DNA of 64,000 bases from an uncultured virus (IMG/VR IMGVR_UViG_3300030098_005070) (Duplodnaviria; Heunggongvirae; Uroviricota; Caudoviricetes): the IMG/VR virus record IMGVR_UViG_3300030098_005070. The stretch is one strand, 5' to 3'. A model generated the notes under the pieces. It did no database searches and was not told the DNA's origin. It saw nothing but the letters and a program-made list of their open reading frames with translations. Position numbers and translations under genes: made by a program. This document shows, piece after piece, positions 40,401 to 49,113 of the stretch. Numbering within the stretch: position 1 is the stretch's first letter; each line of letters opens with the position of its first letter.

Positions 40401-43400
40401 TTTGTTAACTGTATTCTACCATTAGTTTTTGGGAATCCTAGATAACCTAACAAATCTGTATGTGTTAAATCTTGAGTAGGTGTTGAATCATATGGGTCAG
40501 AAAGAACAGCAACTAATTTTTTAGGAGTATGGATATATTCTGAATTAGTTGTCATATGCACTGCTATATTTTTAGCAGGTACAGGATTCCAAAGACCGCC
40601 GTAATATTCTTTTTTAGTATCACTAGAAAAACCAGTTAATCGCCCAGTTGCATCCCCTGTCCCTACCATATGATGACCTAGAGTGAAACCACCCTGCCCT
40701 ACACCTCTATCATCGAAAAAGACACAAACTTCCTCATCAATGGATTCGGGTAGTTTTGTATTATCATTTTCAAACGGCGTACCCATTTGTGAATAAATAA
40801 ATCTAATTCTAGATTTTTGGCCTTTGTGATTTTCTAATTCTATTCCGTAAAGTTGTTTATTACCAATTTTTTCGTTGCTAATTTCTGAGGCAGGTACATA
40901 ACTACCATAACTAGTTAATGAAGAATTACCGTATCTTCTAGCAATTGTATTATCACCAGTTCTACCCATTCCCCAATTTCCTGCTAATGGCTTCCAACCC
41001 GGTACTCCCGCTTGTGTTAAACCGCCAAAATTAACTCTAGCAAAAGCGTGAGTCCCTGTTCTCAAACCTTCTGTGAAAGTTTGCTCTTTGGAACTTTCAA
41101 AAGATTCTGCATTTACAGAATTGAAACCTGAGCCACCAGTCGCATTCGATATTGCTCTCAAAACTGGGCTACTAATATTATCATCTCTAGGCGCAAAATC
41201 AGAATTTACAGATATTTGAGTATCATTTTCTTCATTAGTTAATTGATGAAGAGTTGTAATTGGGGCAAAAGGTCTTCCATTTTTATCTAAAGGCATAGGT
41301 GCAGGGTGCATATTTTCTGCATCTATTTCATCAGGCTGTCCCCAAAATGAGCGCCATCTACCACCATGACCTACAATAAATTCAGGTCTGTATGGTGATT
41401 GCCCTTTGCTGTTATCTAACCAAACACAAAAATTCCTTCCGCTAGCACCGGGAACTGTGCTGTGTATTACAATCGTAAAACCCTTATTTCCATCTGTATC
41501 TTGAACTTCTCTTCCAATATGTGCCCTAATGTAACCCATATGTGTGCCTCTATCTTTAGAGGCGAAAGCCCTGTTTTCATCCCACCAAGGCGCAGGGTCG
41601 TGAGCACTACCACCTTCTTGGAAACTAGACTTAGGAGCAGCGGCTTGGTTGATTTTTCTAATTACCTCATTAGCGGCACTTTGGATATTTGTTACACCCT
41701 CTGATTCTCCAACCTCACCCAAATCAATGGTTAATCTTCTTACAAAGTCCATTTGAGTCCAATGTGGTAAATGCTCAAGTCTACTTTCATCATGATTAGA
41801 TAAATCCAAAGTGGTATTTCTTACACCCTTTAGAGAAAGGAAGGCCGGAATTACTCTAGTTCCATCAGGTGTGTCGAAAAAGGTACTAGGTTCTCTTAAT
41901 GAGGCATTTGAAGTGTCTACTCTTAATTTCTTTAAAGCGACAACAAAAGAAGATTCAAAACTTCTAATTCTTGAAAATTCATGTTTTACAGTAGCGAAAA
42001 CCGATAGTAATGTTTCATCAGATGTTCTGCGCTGAATGCTATCTCCAACTGCGTAGTTTTTGTCTCCACCTGAAATTGAATATCCTAGATGCACATGGTG
42101 ACCATGAGCCTTTCCGTAAATTGAAGGAGAAGTAGCACCTGCACTAGATGTTGCTAAATTTGCTGGTAATGAGCCGCTTAACGGTGTTAAAACATCAGTT
42201 CCTATTCTATTTGCAATATCATGTGCATAAGCAGATTCAATGAATTTAGATTGTTGAGTTGCTCTCAAATATGGATTTTGTGAAGGGAAACCGTTTGCTA
42301 CATCTAATTGAGTTGTAGCCCAAGAAGGCCCACCACCAGTAAGAGTTGCTGTGTATTCTGCTAAATCAATTAAAGCACCATCTTTAACAAATTTGCGAGG
42401 CCATCCAATTTCTGCTGTTGCTGCTGAAGACTGAACTTGCATATGTATATCTTGGAAAGCGATAAACTCTCTATCATGACCTACATCATAAAGTAAAACT
42501 CTAGCATGACCTTCAGCAGCAAGATATGGGTCAAGATAGGCTATTGTTGGTGCTTCGGCAGCAGTAAGACCGAGAGCCTTGTAATTTTCTTCAATGGTCT
42601 TATTGACGTGTTGAACATAATTTCTTGCGGTTTCTAAACAATTTTCCCCAATCAAGAAATTTTCTAACGGTACACTATCTCTTGGTTCATCCGAAAGTGT
42701 ACCTGTCCCCCCAGTGAATCCTTTCCAAACCCGATTTTCGTTTAAAACACCTCTAGATTTAGAAAATAATCCCTCCATCGCATGAGGATTATTCAAAGTC
42801 ATGTTACACCAAATAGTGTCTCCATTCCTTAAGCCACCAGCAGCGTAAGGATAAACCCAAGAGCGATTTAAAATTGCATCAGGGTCTTCAACAAAGGCAT
42901 TACTGAATGAAACATATAATTGACATCCAGTGGCAGTAGCACCAGCATTTGCAGTTAAAGTGACTGTATAATCCGTACCGGGAGAACCTGTGAAATCTCT
43001 AGCACTAATTTCTGAAATTGTCCCAATAGGAGTTAGAGCAGTATAACCTTGAGTACCACCTGTAGCAAAAACATGGTCTCCTACACGTAAGTTTGACCCT
43101 AGTGTGTTAGAGGTTAGAGGTGTTGTTTCAGTCGAAGTGATAGTCACTGACGTGCTGCCAGCAGTAGAATTGATTCCCCAATCAGTCGCAATTGCACAAT
43201 ATGTTTCATATTCTTCATCAAGAATTGAATCTGCTGCAATTGCACTGATATTAGTTCTGTCGAAATTAATAATCGCTCTACTTCTTCTACTAAGTGTGAT
43301 TTGTTTCCCAGCAGCCAGCCATGACGGAACAGTAGTTCCGGTAGCATTGTAAAACCCTAAAGCAATTGTGTTTTCTGCAACATTCTGACTGTCTGCTGTT

Positions 43401-46400
43401 CTTATTCGACCGTAATAATGCAATCTACGGGTAGTACCATCATCATCTAGTTCTATTTCGTAAAGGAAATCTCCAACTGAAAAATTAACTGAAGTGAGAT
43501 AATCAAAACCAAAATCAGGGAATAATTCTAACTCTTCGGGTAATAAACTAACTAGAGCAATACCCATTCCATCGCTACCGTCATTATCTTCTACTACTCC
43601 TACAATACTTTGGATTTCACCAGTGGCTCTTTTTGGCTTAATACGGTCAGCGTGAGGGTTACTTTCAGGCCCAGCCTTGAATTCTACAGCGCTAACATAT
43701 TGTCTAAGGCCGTAATCTACATTCCCACCTTGTGTTTGAGCACTAGCAGCGTCATAGTAAAAATTACTTCTATTTTCATATCCTACGCTCTTTGTGAAAG
43801 GTTCATGTCCAATTGGTGCTAATGTTTCTTTAGGGATAGAGCCGCTCATAAAAACGGGTAATCCTATATCATATTCCTCTCTAAAAGCGTCAGTAGCCCC
43901 CCATTTATAGTCAGGAATTCTAAGATATCCATCTGTTGCTGGGTCATTGTCATACAAAGCCCAAGCACCACTTCTTAGGAAGATTCTTCTAAATCTAGGA
44001 ACGTTATCAATGGATTGGTACATATCAGTATAGGCTGTACCCGCAGCAGCGGTATTTGCCGCAGGGAATTGCGTATGGTTAGTGACGTATAATTTTAGAT
44101 AATTAGACAAAGAAGTATCAAACCTTTGAGTGATAATCGCATCATTTACAGATTCATCTTTAGAAATTGAATACGAATATGCTTCGTGTTTAGCCCTATC
44201 AGAATTAAATCCAGTACCCGGTCTTTTTCCAACTGGAGAAGGATTCCAAGAATGTGCAGTATAAGTGGCATCAATGTGAAATTTCAAAGAATTATCAGGA
44301 CCGGGATGTGTATGTGTCAGGATATTATCAAAAATTTGTTGTTCAAAAATAGGTATTTCTACCATAGCCCTTGTACTAGCATACTGTGTACCTAATTGAT
44401 AATCGTGATTTACACTACTTCCTGACTGGAACATTCGGTCGTTTACAGTCGTTCCATCTTCACTAAAAGAATCTGTACCGAAATGCGGGTCTGAACAAAG
44501 AACAAAAGAAACACTAGTTGCCGTTGAACTGAGCGTTACATTGGATGTTTTTCCAATACCTTTTAACCAATTTTCAAAAGAAGAGTAAGTTTTCCCTACT
44601 GCGTCTGTGTATTTTTGTACATTCACACTAGACTCAAGTGTATGGGTAAAAGTTCTAGTCGCTGTAGCGATACCTGTAGCGGCATTATTCATGGTCAAAG
44701 TTGTAGCAGAATCAATAGACTCAATGATTGTATTTGCTGGGATTTGAGAGCCACTAATACTCATACCTATTACTAAATTAGTAGTGTCAACGCTAGTTAG
44801 CGATGTAGACGATGCACTTGTTGACGATAAACTGTAAGAATCTGTGAAAGTAAAACTAGTACCGTTTTTAGAATCGTATAAAGCACTACTTCCATCTTCA
44901 AGATACACTCTTCCAATTTTAGCAAATCCATAAGTCCCCCAACTAGCCATATCTGTTGAGTTATTATTGATTGGAACTACATTCAAAGTTCCTACACTAC
45001 TAGCGTAAGAAACAGATTTGGTATTTACATGGAATGACCTTTGTGTAGAAAACGGATGTCTAGACAGAATACTAGGGTCATAGGTTGGGAGTATATCGCT
45101 ACCACCTTGCCCAAGCCCACCAAGAGTTACTGTAACCACTGGTGCATTCGGCTCAATTTCCTTTACCACATGAGAATCAGGGCTTCCTTTACCTGTTTTT
45201 GAAACATTTTGATTTGCAATGTTTTGATTTGCTCCGTAACAGGTGATTACTGTCTTTTTTACCCCATCGTCTTCTTTTTCATCAACAGAACTAATACGAG
45301 CCTTAGACATTAAGAAATACAAAGAAACTCTATTTGTTTCGTCAATATCTTCTGCTAAACTTCTCAAACGATACAATTGATTAATTCTTTCTCGATTTGA
45401 TGGTTGAATGAAAAATCGTAAATTTGCAGAGGCATTTCCGTCTATTGCTACATTATCTATAACATCAAACATTTCATGAATTTGGGTATGACTAGATGTT
45501 GTACCTAAATCGAATTCACCATTAGAAGGAGAACTAATTACAGTAGAAGGTTCTCTTCTTGAATAAGTTGTTTTATCGTTTAAATTTTTATTCTTAGGGG
45601 ATACTCTTTCTAAGAGAATACGATGGAATACGCTGTCATGGTCAGTAGTTGTAGTGTGACTTGCGGTAACTATCTGTGGGGGTGTATTAGGTTGAGCGGT
45701 AGCAACGGAAACTGGAGTATAGTTTGCAGGTGTAAAGGATTCATCTAATTCATCATCGGCTTCATAACCCTCACTTGTATCACCCACTAAATTATGCGAT
45801 TTTCCTACAATTGATACCCCATCTGATGTTGGGTTGGCTGCGACATCAATGTACCCACCCGGTGAATAAAGTGTACAATTTGCTATATCTCCATTAATAA
45901 TATCGAAAACAGTACTTCCCCCACCCACAGAAGTTATTCCGGCAGGAATTGTCTTTTCAACCATCAAATACGCATTTTCAGATTCATCCCCCATACTATC
46001 CCCATTCAAATCAATAGCGTTATAGTAAACTAAGACGGTAGATGTAAAACCTGTATAACTCGATAGTGCTGGGCAATTTAGTACTGCTATTCTAGATTCT
46101 TTACTTGGTCTGATATGGTAATCTCGTGTTTCGGTGTTTATTGTGCCAGCATCAGGAACCGGTCCTTTCAAAACAAAAGGTCTGTAATCAAAATTTAACC
46201 CACCAATACCAATAATTTCTCGACTACCTGTTGGTAATCCATTATTTACAATAGCGGCAATAGAAGAAGAATTTTTGAAATCTGTAATCCTGTAAGAACT
46301 AACATTACGATAAACATCAATTCTAGAATTAGGTAAAATTTGATTTTGAATGCCGGGTTGTGTTGTGTCATAATTAATTTGCACAATATCAGGGCTACCG

Positions 46401-47929
46401 TCTATTTGTTGGATAACTAACTCTTCATTAGCCTCCGGTAACATTCGCATAAACTCATGACCAGTAACGTGATTTAGCGTATGCCTACCATTATGCCCTA
46501 GCCTAAAACTATCATCAACTGAAGTAGGCCACGTTACAGCGAAAGGATTGTTTGTATCATCAACAGTATTAGCCATTCGACTAGAATAAATAATACCATG
46601 TTGTTCAAACTGCCCTTCATCTATAACCATTTGACCTGTTCTATCTATCATTTGTGTAGCGTAATGAAGTGGTTGATATGGATAACCTGAAGCACCATCA
46701 ATTAGTAAATCAGCACTAATAATTACGAAATGGTTGTCTACAGCACTTCTTGAATGTAAAACTGGTCTCAAACCGTTCCCAAGAGTAGAATTTGCAAAAT
46801 CTAAATGAATGCTGGAGACTATCATATACGGTGTAGTATGAATATCATTTATCGAATGTAATCTAACTCTTTCAGGTGGTGAAGTGTTTAACAGTTTAGT
46901 AGAATGGTCATACGCACCCGGATTTATTAACAAATTAAATGGCACATGGGGGATACTTCTTGTGTTAGTTGTACCCGGCGATGTAACTGCATCTGCTACC
47001 TTGTAATCTCCACTAGAATAAGTGCTGGATGTAAAATCAATAGTCCCGCTAGAGACTGTCTTTCCGGTTAATTCACTGGCAAGTGCAGCAGCATCGGAGT
47101 TATTTGAGAATAAAATTTTAGTTAATCCACTCACAGTAGAGGTCGAGGAATTAAAATTGTAAACTGTTGTGAATGGGGAAATAGGCTCTTCAAATCTATA
47201 CAAAGCAACTGTACCGGAATTTTGCAAAGGTGCACTTCTTTGCACCATCGAATCATCAAATTTTGTAGAAAGATGTAAAGATTCCATTATTCCCCTAAAT
47301 TCACCACCTTTACCACCGATATACATATGCTCTTCGCTATGTTGAATATTGTAATTGGGTTTGATGTCTTTTCTAGCAACTAACTCACCATTAATGTAAA
47401 TAACAGCATCTTTAGGTCTAAGAGCGGCCACAATATGAATTAGAGGTCTATGTTGAAGATTTAGAATAGAGCCAGTATCATAAGAAGAGTTGAATCTATT
47501 GTAAGGCTCGTGAGGTCCACCAAAATCAGGTGGAGGGTAAACCATACCATCATAACCGTTGGTTTCACTTTCCGCAGTTGAAAGTTTTACCACTTGCTTT
47601 CCATTTGGTCTTTCTAGATGAATTTGGAAAACACAAGGGCCGGGTGTATCTACTGTACCTATCTTTAAACTAAACTGGTTTTCTTTTTCGATTATAGTTC
47701 CACCACAATCCGGCATTACCCACGCTTCAATAGTTAAACTACTATTGAATCTATTACTCAAAACTGTGGATGTTTGCGAACCTTTAGGGTTACTAGCAAG
47801 AAAAGTAGAGGCAGTATTTCCATCAGGTGTAGTGTCACCTAATTTTGTATTTCTTCCTTGAGGGACAACTACGCTATCGCTCACTCCATCAAACAAAAGC
47901 CCATGAGAAGAAGTAGCGATAATCGGCAT
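31472..47929 (-). CDS. Giant (~5485 aa) virion/tail protein with N-terminal LamG/ConA-like domain
   Basis: Uninterrupted 16.4-kb ORF; FDGVSD...LTIEAWVMP...IYINGELV...YIGG...FRG.M...ALYRFEE LamG signature; S/T/G/N-rich beta domains. Confidence 0.85.
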   Translation of the reverse strand: MPIIATSSHGLLFDGVSDSVVVPQGRNTKLGDTTPDGNTASTFLASNPKGSQTSTVLSNRFNSSLTIEAWVMPDCGGTIIEKENQFSLKIGTVDTPGPCVFQIHLERPNGKQVVKLSTAESETNGYDGMVYPPPDFGGPHEPYNRFNSSYDTGSILNLQHRPLIHIVAALRPKDAVIYINGELVARKDIKPNYNIQHSEEHMYIGGKGGEFRGIMESLHLSTKFDDSMVQRSAPLQNSGTVALYRFEEPISPFTTVYNFNSSTSTVSGLTKILFSNNSDAAALASELTGKTVSSGTIDFTSSTYSSGDYKVADAVTSPGTTNTRSIPHVPFNLLINPGAYDHSTKLLNTSPPERVRLHSINDIHTTPYMIVSSIHLDFANSTLGNGLRPVLHSRSAVDNHFVIISADLLIDGASGYPYQPLHYATQMIDRTGQMVIDEGQFEQHGIIYSSRMANTVDDTNNPFAVTWPTSVDDSFRLGHNGRHTLNHVTGHEFMRMLPEANEELVIQQIDGSPDIVQINYDTTQPGIQNQILPNSRIDVYRNVSSYRITDFKNSSSIAAIVNNGLPTGSREIIGIGGLNFDYRPFVLKGPVPDAGTINTETRDYHIRPSKESRIAVLNCPALSSYTGFTSTVLVYYNAIDLNGDSMGDESENAYLMVEKTIPAGITSVGGGSTVFDIINGDIANCTLYSPGGYIDVAANPTSDGVSIVGKSHNLVGDTSEGYEADDELDESFTPANYTPVSVATAQPNTPPQIVTASHTTTTDHDSVFHRILLERVSPKNKNLNDKTTYSRREPSTVISSPSNGEFDLGTTSSHTQIHEMFDVIDNVAIDGNASANLRFFIQPSNRERINQLYRLRSLAEDIDETNRVSLYFLMSKARISSVDEKEDDGVKKTVITCYGANQNIANQNVSKTGKGSPDSHVVKEIEPNAPVVTVTLGGLGQGGSDILPTYDPSILSRHPFSTQRSFHVNTKSVSYASSVGTLNVVPINNNSTDMASWGTYGFAKIGRVYLEDGSSALYDSKNGTSFTFTDSYSLSSTSASSTSLTSVDTTNLVIGMSISGSQIPANTIIESIDSATTLTMNNAATGIATATRTFTHTLESSVNVQKYTDAVGKTYSSFENWLKGIGKTSNVTLSSTATSVSFVLCSDPHFGTDSFSEDGTTVNDRMFQSGSSVNHDYQLGTQYASTRAMVEIPIFEQQIFDNILTHTHPGPDNSLKFHIDATYTAHSWNPSPVGKRPGTGFNSDRAKHEAYSYSISKDESVNDAIITQRFDTSLSNYLKLYVTNHTQFPAANTAAAGTAYTDMYQSIDNVPRFRRIFLRSGAWALYDNDPATDGYLRIPDYKWGATDAFREEYDIGLPVFMSGSIPKETLAPIGHEPFTKSVGYENRSNFYYDAASAQTQGGNVDYGLRQYVSAVEFKAGPESNPHADRIKPKRATGEIQSIVGVVEDNDGSDGMGIALVSLLPEELELFPDFGFDYLTSVNFSVGDFLYEIELDDDGTTRRLHYYGRIRTADSQNVAENTIALGFYNATGTTVPSWLAAGKQITLSRRSRAIINFDRTNISAIAADSILDEEYETYCAIATDWGINSTAGSTSVTITSTETTPLTSNTLGSNLRVGDHVFATGGTQGYTALTPIGTISEISARDFTGSPGTDYTVTLTANAGATATGCQLYVSFSNAFVEDPDAILNRSWVYPYAAGGLRNGDTIWCNMTLNNPHAMEGLFSKSRGVLNENRVWKGFTGGTGTLSDEPRDSVPLENFLIGENCLETARNYVQHVNKTIEENYKALGLTAAEAPTIAYLDPYLAAEGHARVLLYDVGHDREFIAFQDIHMQVQSSAATAEIGWPRKFVKDGALIDLAEYTATLTGGGPSWATTQLDVANGFPSQNPYLRATQQSKFIESAYAHDIANRIGTDVLTPLSGSLPANLATSSAGATSPSIYGKAHGHHVHLGYSISGGDKNYAVGDSIQRRTSDETLLSVFATVKHEFSRIRSFESSFVVALKKLRVDTSNASLREPSTFFDTPDGTRVIPAFLSLKGVRNTTLDLSNHDESRLEHLPHWTQMDFVRRLTIDLGEVGESEGVTNIQSAANEVIRKINQAAAPKSSFQEGGSAHDPAPWWDENRAFASKDRGTHMGYIRAHIGREVQDTDGNKGFTIVIHSTVPGASGRNFCVWLDNSKGQSPYRPEFIVGHGGRWRSFWGQPDEIDAENMHPAPMPLDKNGRPFAPITTLHQLTNEENDTQISVNSDFAPRDDNISSPVLRAISNATGGSGFNSVNAESFESSKEQTFTEGLRTGTHAFARVNFGGLTQAGVPGWKPLAGNWGMGRTGDNTIARRYGNSSLTSYGSYVPASEISNEKIGNKQLYGIELENHKGQKSRIRFIYSQMGTPFENDNTKLPESIDEEVCVFFDDRGVGQGGFTLGHHMVGTGDATGRLTGFSSDTKKEYYGGLWNPVPAKNIAVHMTTNSEYIHTPKKLVAVLSDPYDSTPTQDLTHTDLLGYLGFPKTNGRIQLTNTSGSGDTGLTLYYENRTQNDFNGPHEFYGITSELSSDTSFSNYLISPSLNWTTLVTDELLCAVTAAAINAVDVNEESGVSFDCREMLAADGRTFGEWGIKADSIRIRAFNPNRKIIPISEYFTAEVHQDYGIRAAHLEYGEIEKSLENSAEWAFGTSRAVTDANLDAGRRVDCGYIPMTLLQIKSKSFGPNSNSNSPTLIDSLNEPVNNTFIDTWRKNLNGDNFTKTSGDHILPAIDNPSLFYQALNSSSNTLTHIYTATASLNNSIWGFLAPACKDTGTVTSVSEVKTVSFWPGARVTVEGHQGANINSYRTVLTTLIPIAGTQSIELTQAFREGDIDNASEGVISVKGDLDTTQQIDGIRSIGSVDSPLIVKFSGGRSSADHSVPVFFGGGFSGVVLDVNDGTMNDYSDFYTHPYASGPTGVAGIQNANEIVTSHAILDANAMMAFFPGTPLLNQHRGSLVPPAHNRDNILSPDLDSGSGTVNSDHPNSSPYSSNNTVLQKPSPLVLRFAHPTARYEDHANGTENKTTYIIFGPGQSFPFTQEIADSSAVNYNTQQPHPGRVITAGNGWSSVPEGTFLPNHIENDEGDYMPLSSTYHTARNRFHWRTQLNWETAAGKTIVGVLNQRPESGRMYGQLFVDGGSTGNNNDTKRSMPLRHNSLLGFGIATGADMVFHMDGGYHPGGNWMDNQITFNPPHPKSNTLLTPWGTSSQLHPTAYRVAGPITTKVLDYAAAEGTLVAADVDMEYIIVDATRCQNGNELAAVLGAAINSFPGAGALKAIGGTHMPSMGNAMRQDRYGWVELDTFESYNNSSAPNYLDFSSSTITTKTALEQIPACGWLKTDRSSSTTVPAWASYHSREVFEDSGTWKVRFYLAPNRVSNNAEFESYVTLANPSANPTISGTDTNLYVWSKAGVHRFNNQNGTSRDHMCQTHFSGLVDAIDRTRPIGAVGWHGERYSYLNSLKIGTEGYSAGLGAWHSELAFSPYGTSSGMLETLSHMPIVAPLARSPESLPPVDSIGSSLMTYINDPYDGSTGVTYTTNNLTYARKDTDDNAPDTLHAKPVHYDITSTLPADLAHPQGLFGHAFLVVASESEFALIAKKDRDGSIAVGDFLISKGVTSNKLQYAGTTKWDERFHSQDRFIAPAHAGPNIEALIVDDTALPSYTTDLAAYTFHTGSVTDLRLENANPDRAKTGDLITDLDFSLGSKNLESGITAERNVVPEFYTGTAYTSDSDYPDDFWKGDVHAFDLYKRTSALNFSTEHIVWKRMDGGNLSLPALNARGLGAVPWTTRVESDTAYTHGEKIYGNVRFSFETTNSAMFPLIQTQELQQPQLADKHREITGNVLVIPNEEIQFEQISVVDDSGETHIVEGGSPLGTVIRTFRVLDDRGVKGSSPSLANSGNKPSLMVSLPDPETIPGNILVRSGFDPIMAHQNETFGSGGVLQANLDETQLKHLFDSNDNGGELRLGPTYENLNWEHIDPVSNDSIKTGWVDATENAPLKTTYELHDRTLFFHVTKMGHSHTHRYPTTYTHSNGVENQVLTGSSWNSSTSVLTVNATINTRIYDADFGTKEVSDDRRFIRIYNPTTEESVVASYTGISGTTFTGVVGDVDFTDFIAAQTITDLKIVPSYYMPAGSARFYAAQRMRDHAEVSGASPDMAHTQYFTGVDSDTEAHTIYTKPVLTPMPYPRMGHHFVSATMPMLPGHWAHPAYQSVYRKHLAENSSVKGFRDRELFNEEKTPLSVSSDISSNVTDKMNPLEPEIFFSGMTATPSTPSDIHGGAFTLMFETSVKWDGYGVLGSRGNAGVINKAGGHTVVLEAAKKYSLQHHFPDPREVGAYQIVIQPNLFDSQIIGYHYYNSVQKLTSQQVHTVIGTEYVAAVGALVLYLDEATQADVRGCEVFINEIILDQEPDFGSQFNKIPPLSLFNPFGVEMSESPSFTRRAFPYSKMFSNATPSITLNIPWWSILHKVAPDDSSANGFRHLSQIKLDNYYEVSRSTFGNIGMQLTIAGYPSVYPDIYSHILQNTSLNPKATVVSSSGTTVTVDDASIFPETPYYGQKLEYVDSNGKRRTSDYTRRSGLQNGTVNVANQFTGVSATGFVSNIVDGETVIRLTRAYDTMPAIDIFTKIDKSIFASNLDRLKTGTKDTSNLHIPDAYLCMWHHNLGRPYTFYSDSSRTWNGDANDRAIDKQPYNSMPEHFETFRYQDAIYGMSLGPFDLKIKTPNSTKDGSVTVANSTHSQAGQDQASNYIMLNRFWPCGSRGGPHSSRPDVFVQAAASWIVPRAYGSDDLYRWYDNTTIGAAYSRTNGITKAKITTGQSYRLPFGYRISLRQAINKPRWGLIPTRAALEDAISGVSATSVGFKAGPLVQIETRTWNEADGGGSKTYPTTYVGIMERLTNFAGQLGTDKYEVQVRRSDGRRMTRPFGSPVRTLRNNNKVERDWWGDEEGKGITRLVEASQYYMVDWWGNTRGEAVRRAPVRGFGIRPAWDCGDAYEYDRTNGRTPYQRVWNNGKPIFNLKNVVNSSGEVSVTTNFTIPRFGGRLNTDNTNLSTILVDVFAPTHALRIGDMGGGRGVRYPTAFNEDLLTEISAPIHTTGMVLSHNTAEPTFGEGLLRPRNDVLQADEIPRGISARLEIAEDGLLKPEAVVSDRVEEISGSSPHKDAVSRSSPRIGIDAETIEGTEKSHIVINTEAHSLHTDRNVGQRTVLHGAYAIGSQSLGYADYTNFSFNNTNGANSGVLKFSHTSNMRPLGGDYILEARNFAGLFNDTGWGVTSLTGSNKTTNPYQDTTTYTADTRKNNDTDKTIQFLVRPVRVLDKNHVEIFRSKFSALKQSDGDYFQGSAGGKYGLFVYNTPSGRTATTNLPDTRAIPNANGPYMPIIYMSTGNDAVPSSMGANLLGTEVTNFNKDTLFNTVCRLVITENTLLHHRSDAPRRKNSELIDYNVKPRFSQSLHPKGHKADVDFGTSDHTGDAA

Positions 47930-47931
47930 AT

Positions 47932-49113
47932 TCAGGCCACCCAATCCGCAGGTAAGAATACCATATTGAATCCATAAACCGACTCACCAGCATCGTGGGT
48001 GATATCTATTTTCTTCATTATACCTTGAATCCCGGTATATTCATCTCCGGTATCAAAAGTAACTCCGGCAGGTAATGTGTTTGCGTCACTAGATTTTCCA
48101 AAAGCACCTTTACCAAGACCAGTAGGCATGAAAAAATTTCTAGCAACATAAGTATCTCCACCAGCACTTATCGTGCTATTATAGGGGATTTGAATACCGC
48201 TAATAAAATCCCCATCAGATTCTCCAGTTATTCCGCTTACAAGAGAAAGCCCACCACTAGCGATTGCGGCCACTAATATGCCTAAACTTTGACCCACAGC
48301 ATCTCCTAAAGAATCTATATCTGTACCGAATTCACGAGTAGAGTTATTCATAATCCCGTAAATATCTGCTACTTTATCTCCTGCACTCTTTTTTGTTCCG
48401 TCCACTCCACCTGAAAACGGCTCTATGTAAGAATCATTCCATGAATAATGCCTACTATCAACATCCCATTTTGGATAAGCAGTTTGATTCCCAAGCCTAC
48501 CGGCTGTTTTTTGAGTTATCAAAACAGCAGTACCAGTACGATTGGACTGTTCACTAGTTATAGTAGATGCTGTAAATTTTGCAGTAGCATCCGTATTTAT
48601 CCAAGATGTTACAGCAGTAGCGAATTGAGCGTCAGTAATATTAGTACCACCAGTAGTCTTTACTACAATAGTATTAGCAGTTCCTGAATCATAACCAACA
48701 CTAGTACCAGTAGTAAAAGCAAGCGAGTACACCGTACCATCAGTAGACTTGAGTTTTAAACGATTAGAAGAGTCTGCTAATAAAGCAGTTATGTAAGTAT
48801 TTGCAGCAGCACCAGTTGTTTTTGCCCAATTTCTTCTATCTCCATTTGGTGTATAATAAGAAGAAAAATCAATTAGTGCTGTTGCTGCGATAGCATCACT
48901 AGTTTTCCTGTCATCAGTAAAAACACCTTCAATAACAATAATTGAGCGATTTTTGTTTAAATCAATAGCATATCTTCTACCCCCACTAACAGGGAGAGGA
49001 GTCACATCCACATCTCTATCAACAGTAAGGGCTATCGAAGTGGCCTCTAATTCGATTAATTCCTTGTTATCTTTTACAAGGCGAATTGGAGTGCCATTTG
49101 CTTCAGCCATCAC
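47932..49113 (-). CDS. Putative distal-tail (Dit-like) protein with inserted domain
   Basis: Directly follows the tape-measure position; IDLN.....IVIEGVF N-terminus and GIQG......HDAGESVYGFNMVF C-terminus. Confidence 0.5.
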   Translation of the reverse strand: MMAEANGTPIRLVKDNKELIELEATSIALTVDRDVDVTPLPVSGGRRYAIDLNKNRSIIVIEGVFTDDRKTSDAIAATALIDFSSYYTPNGDRRNWAKTTGAAANTYITALLADSSNRLKLKSTDGTVYSLAFTTGTSVGYDSGTANTIVVKTTGGTNITDAQFATAVTSWINTDATAKFTASTITSEQSNRTGTAVLITQKTAGRLGNQTAYPKWDVDSRHYSWNDSYIEPFSGGVDGTKKSAGDKVADIYGIMNNSTREFGTDIDSLGDAVGQSLGILVAAIASGGLSLVSGITGESDGDFISGIQIPYNSTISAGGDTYVARNFFMPTGLGKGAFGKSSDANTLPAGVTFDTGDEYTGIQGIMKKIDITHDAGESVYGFNMVFLPADWVA

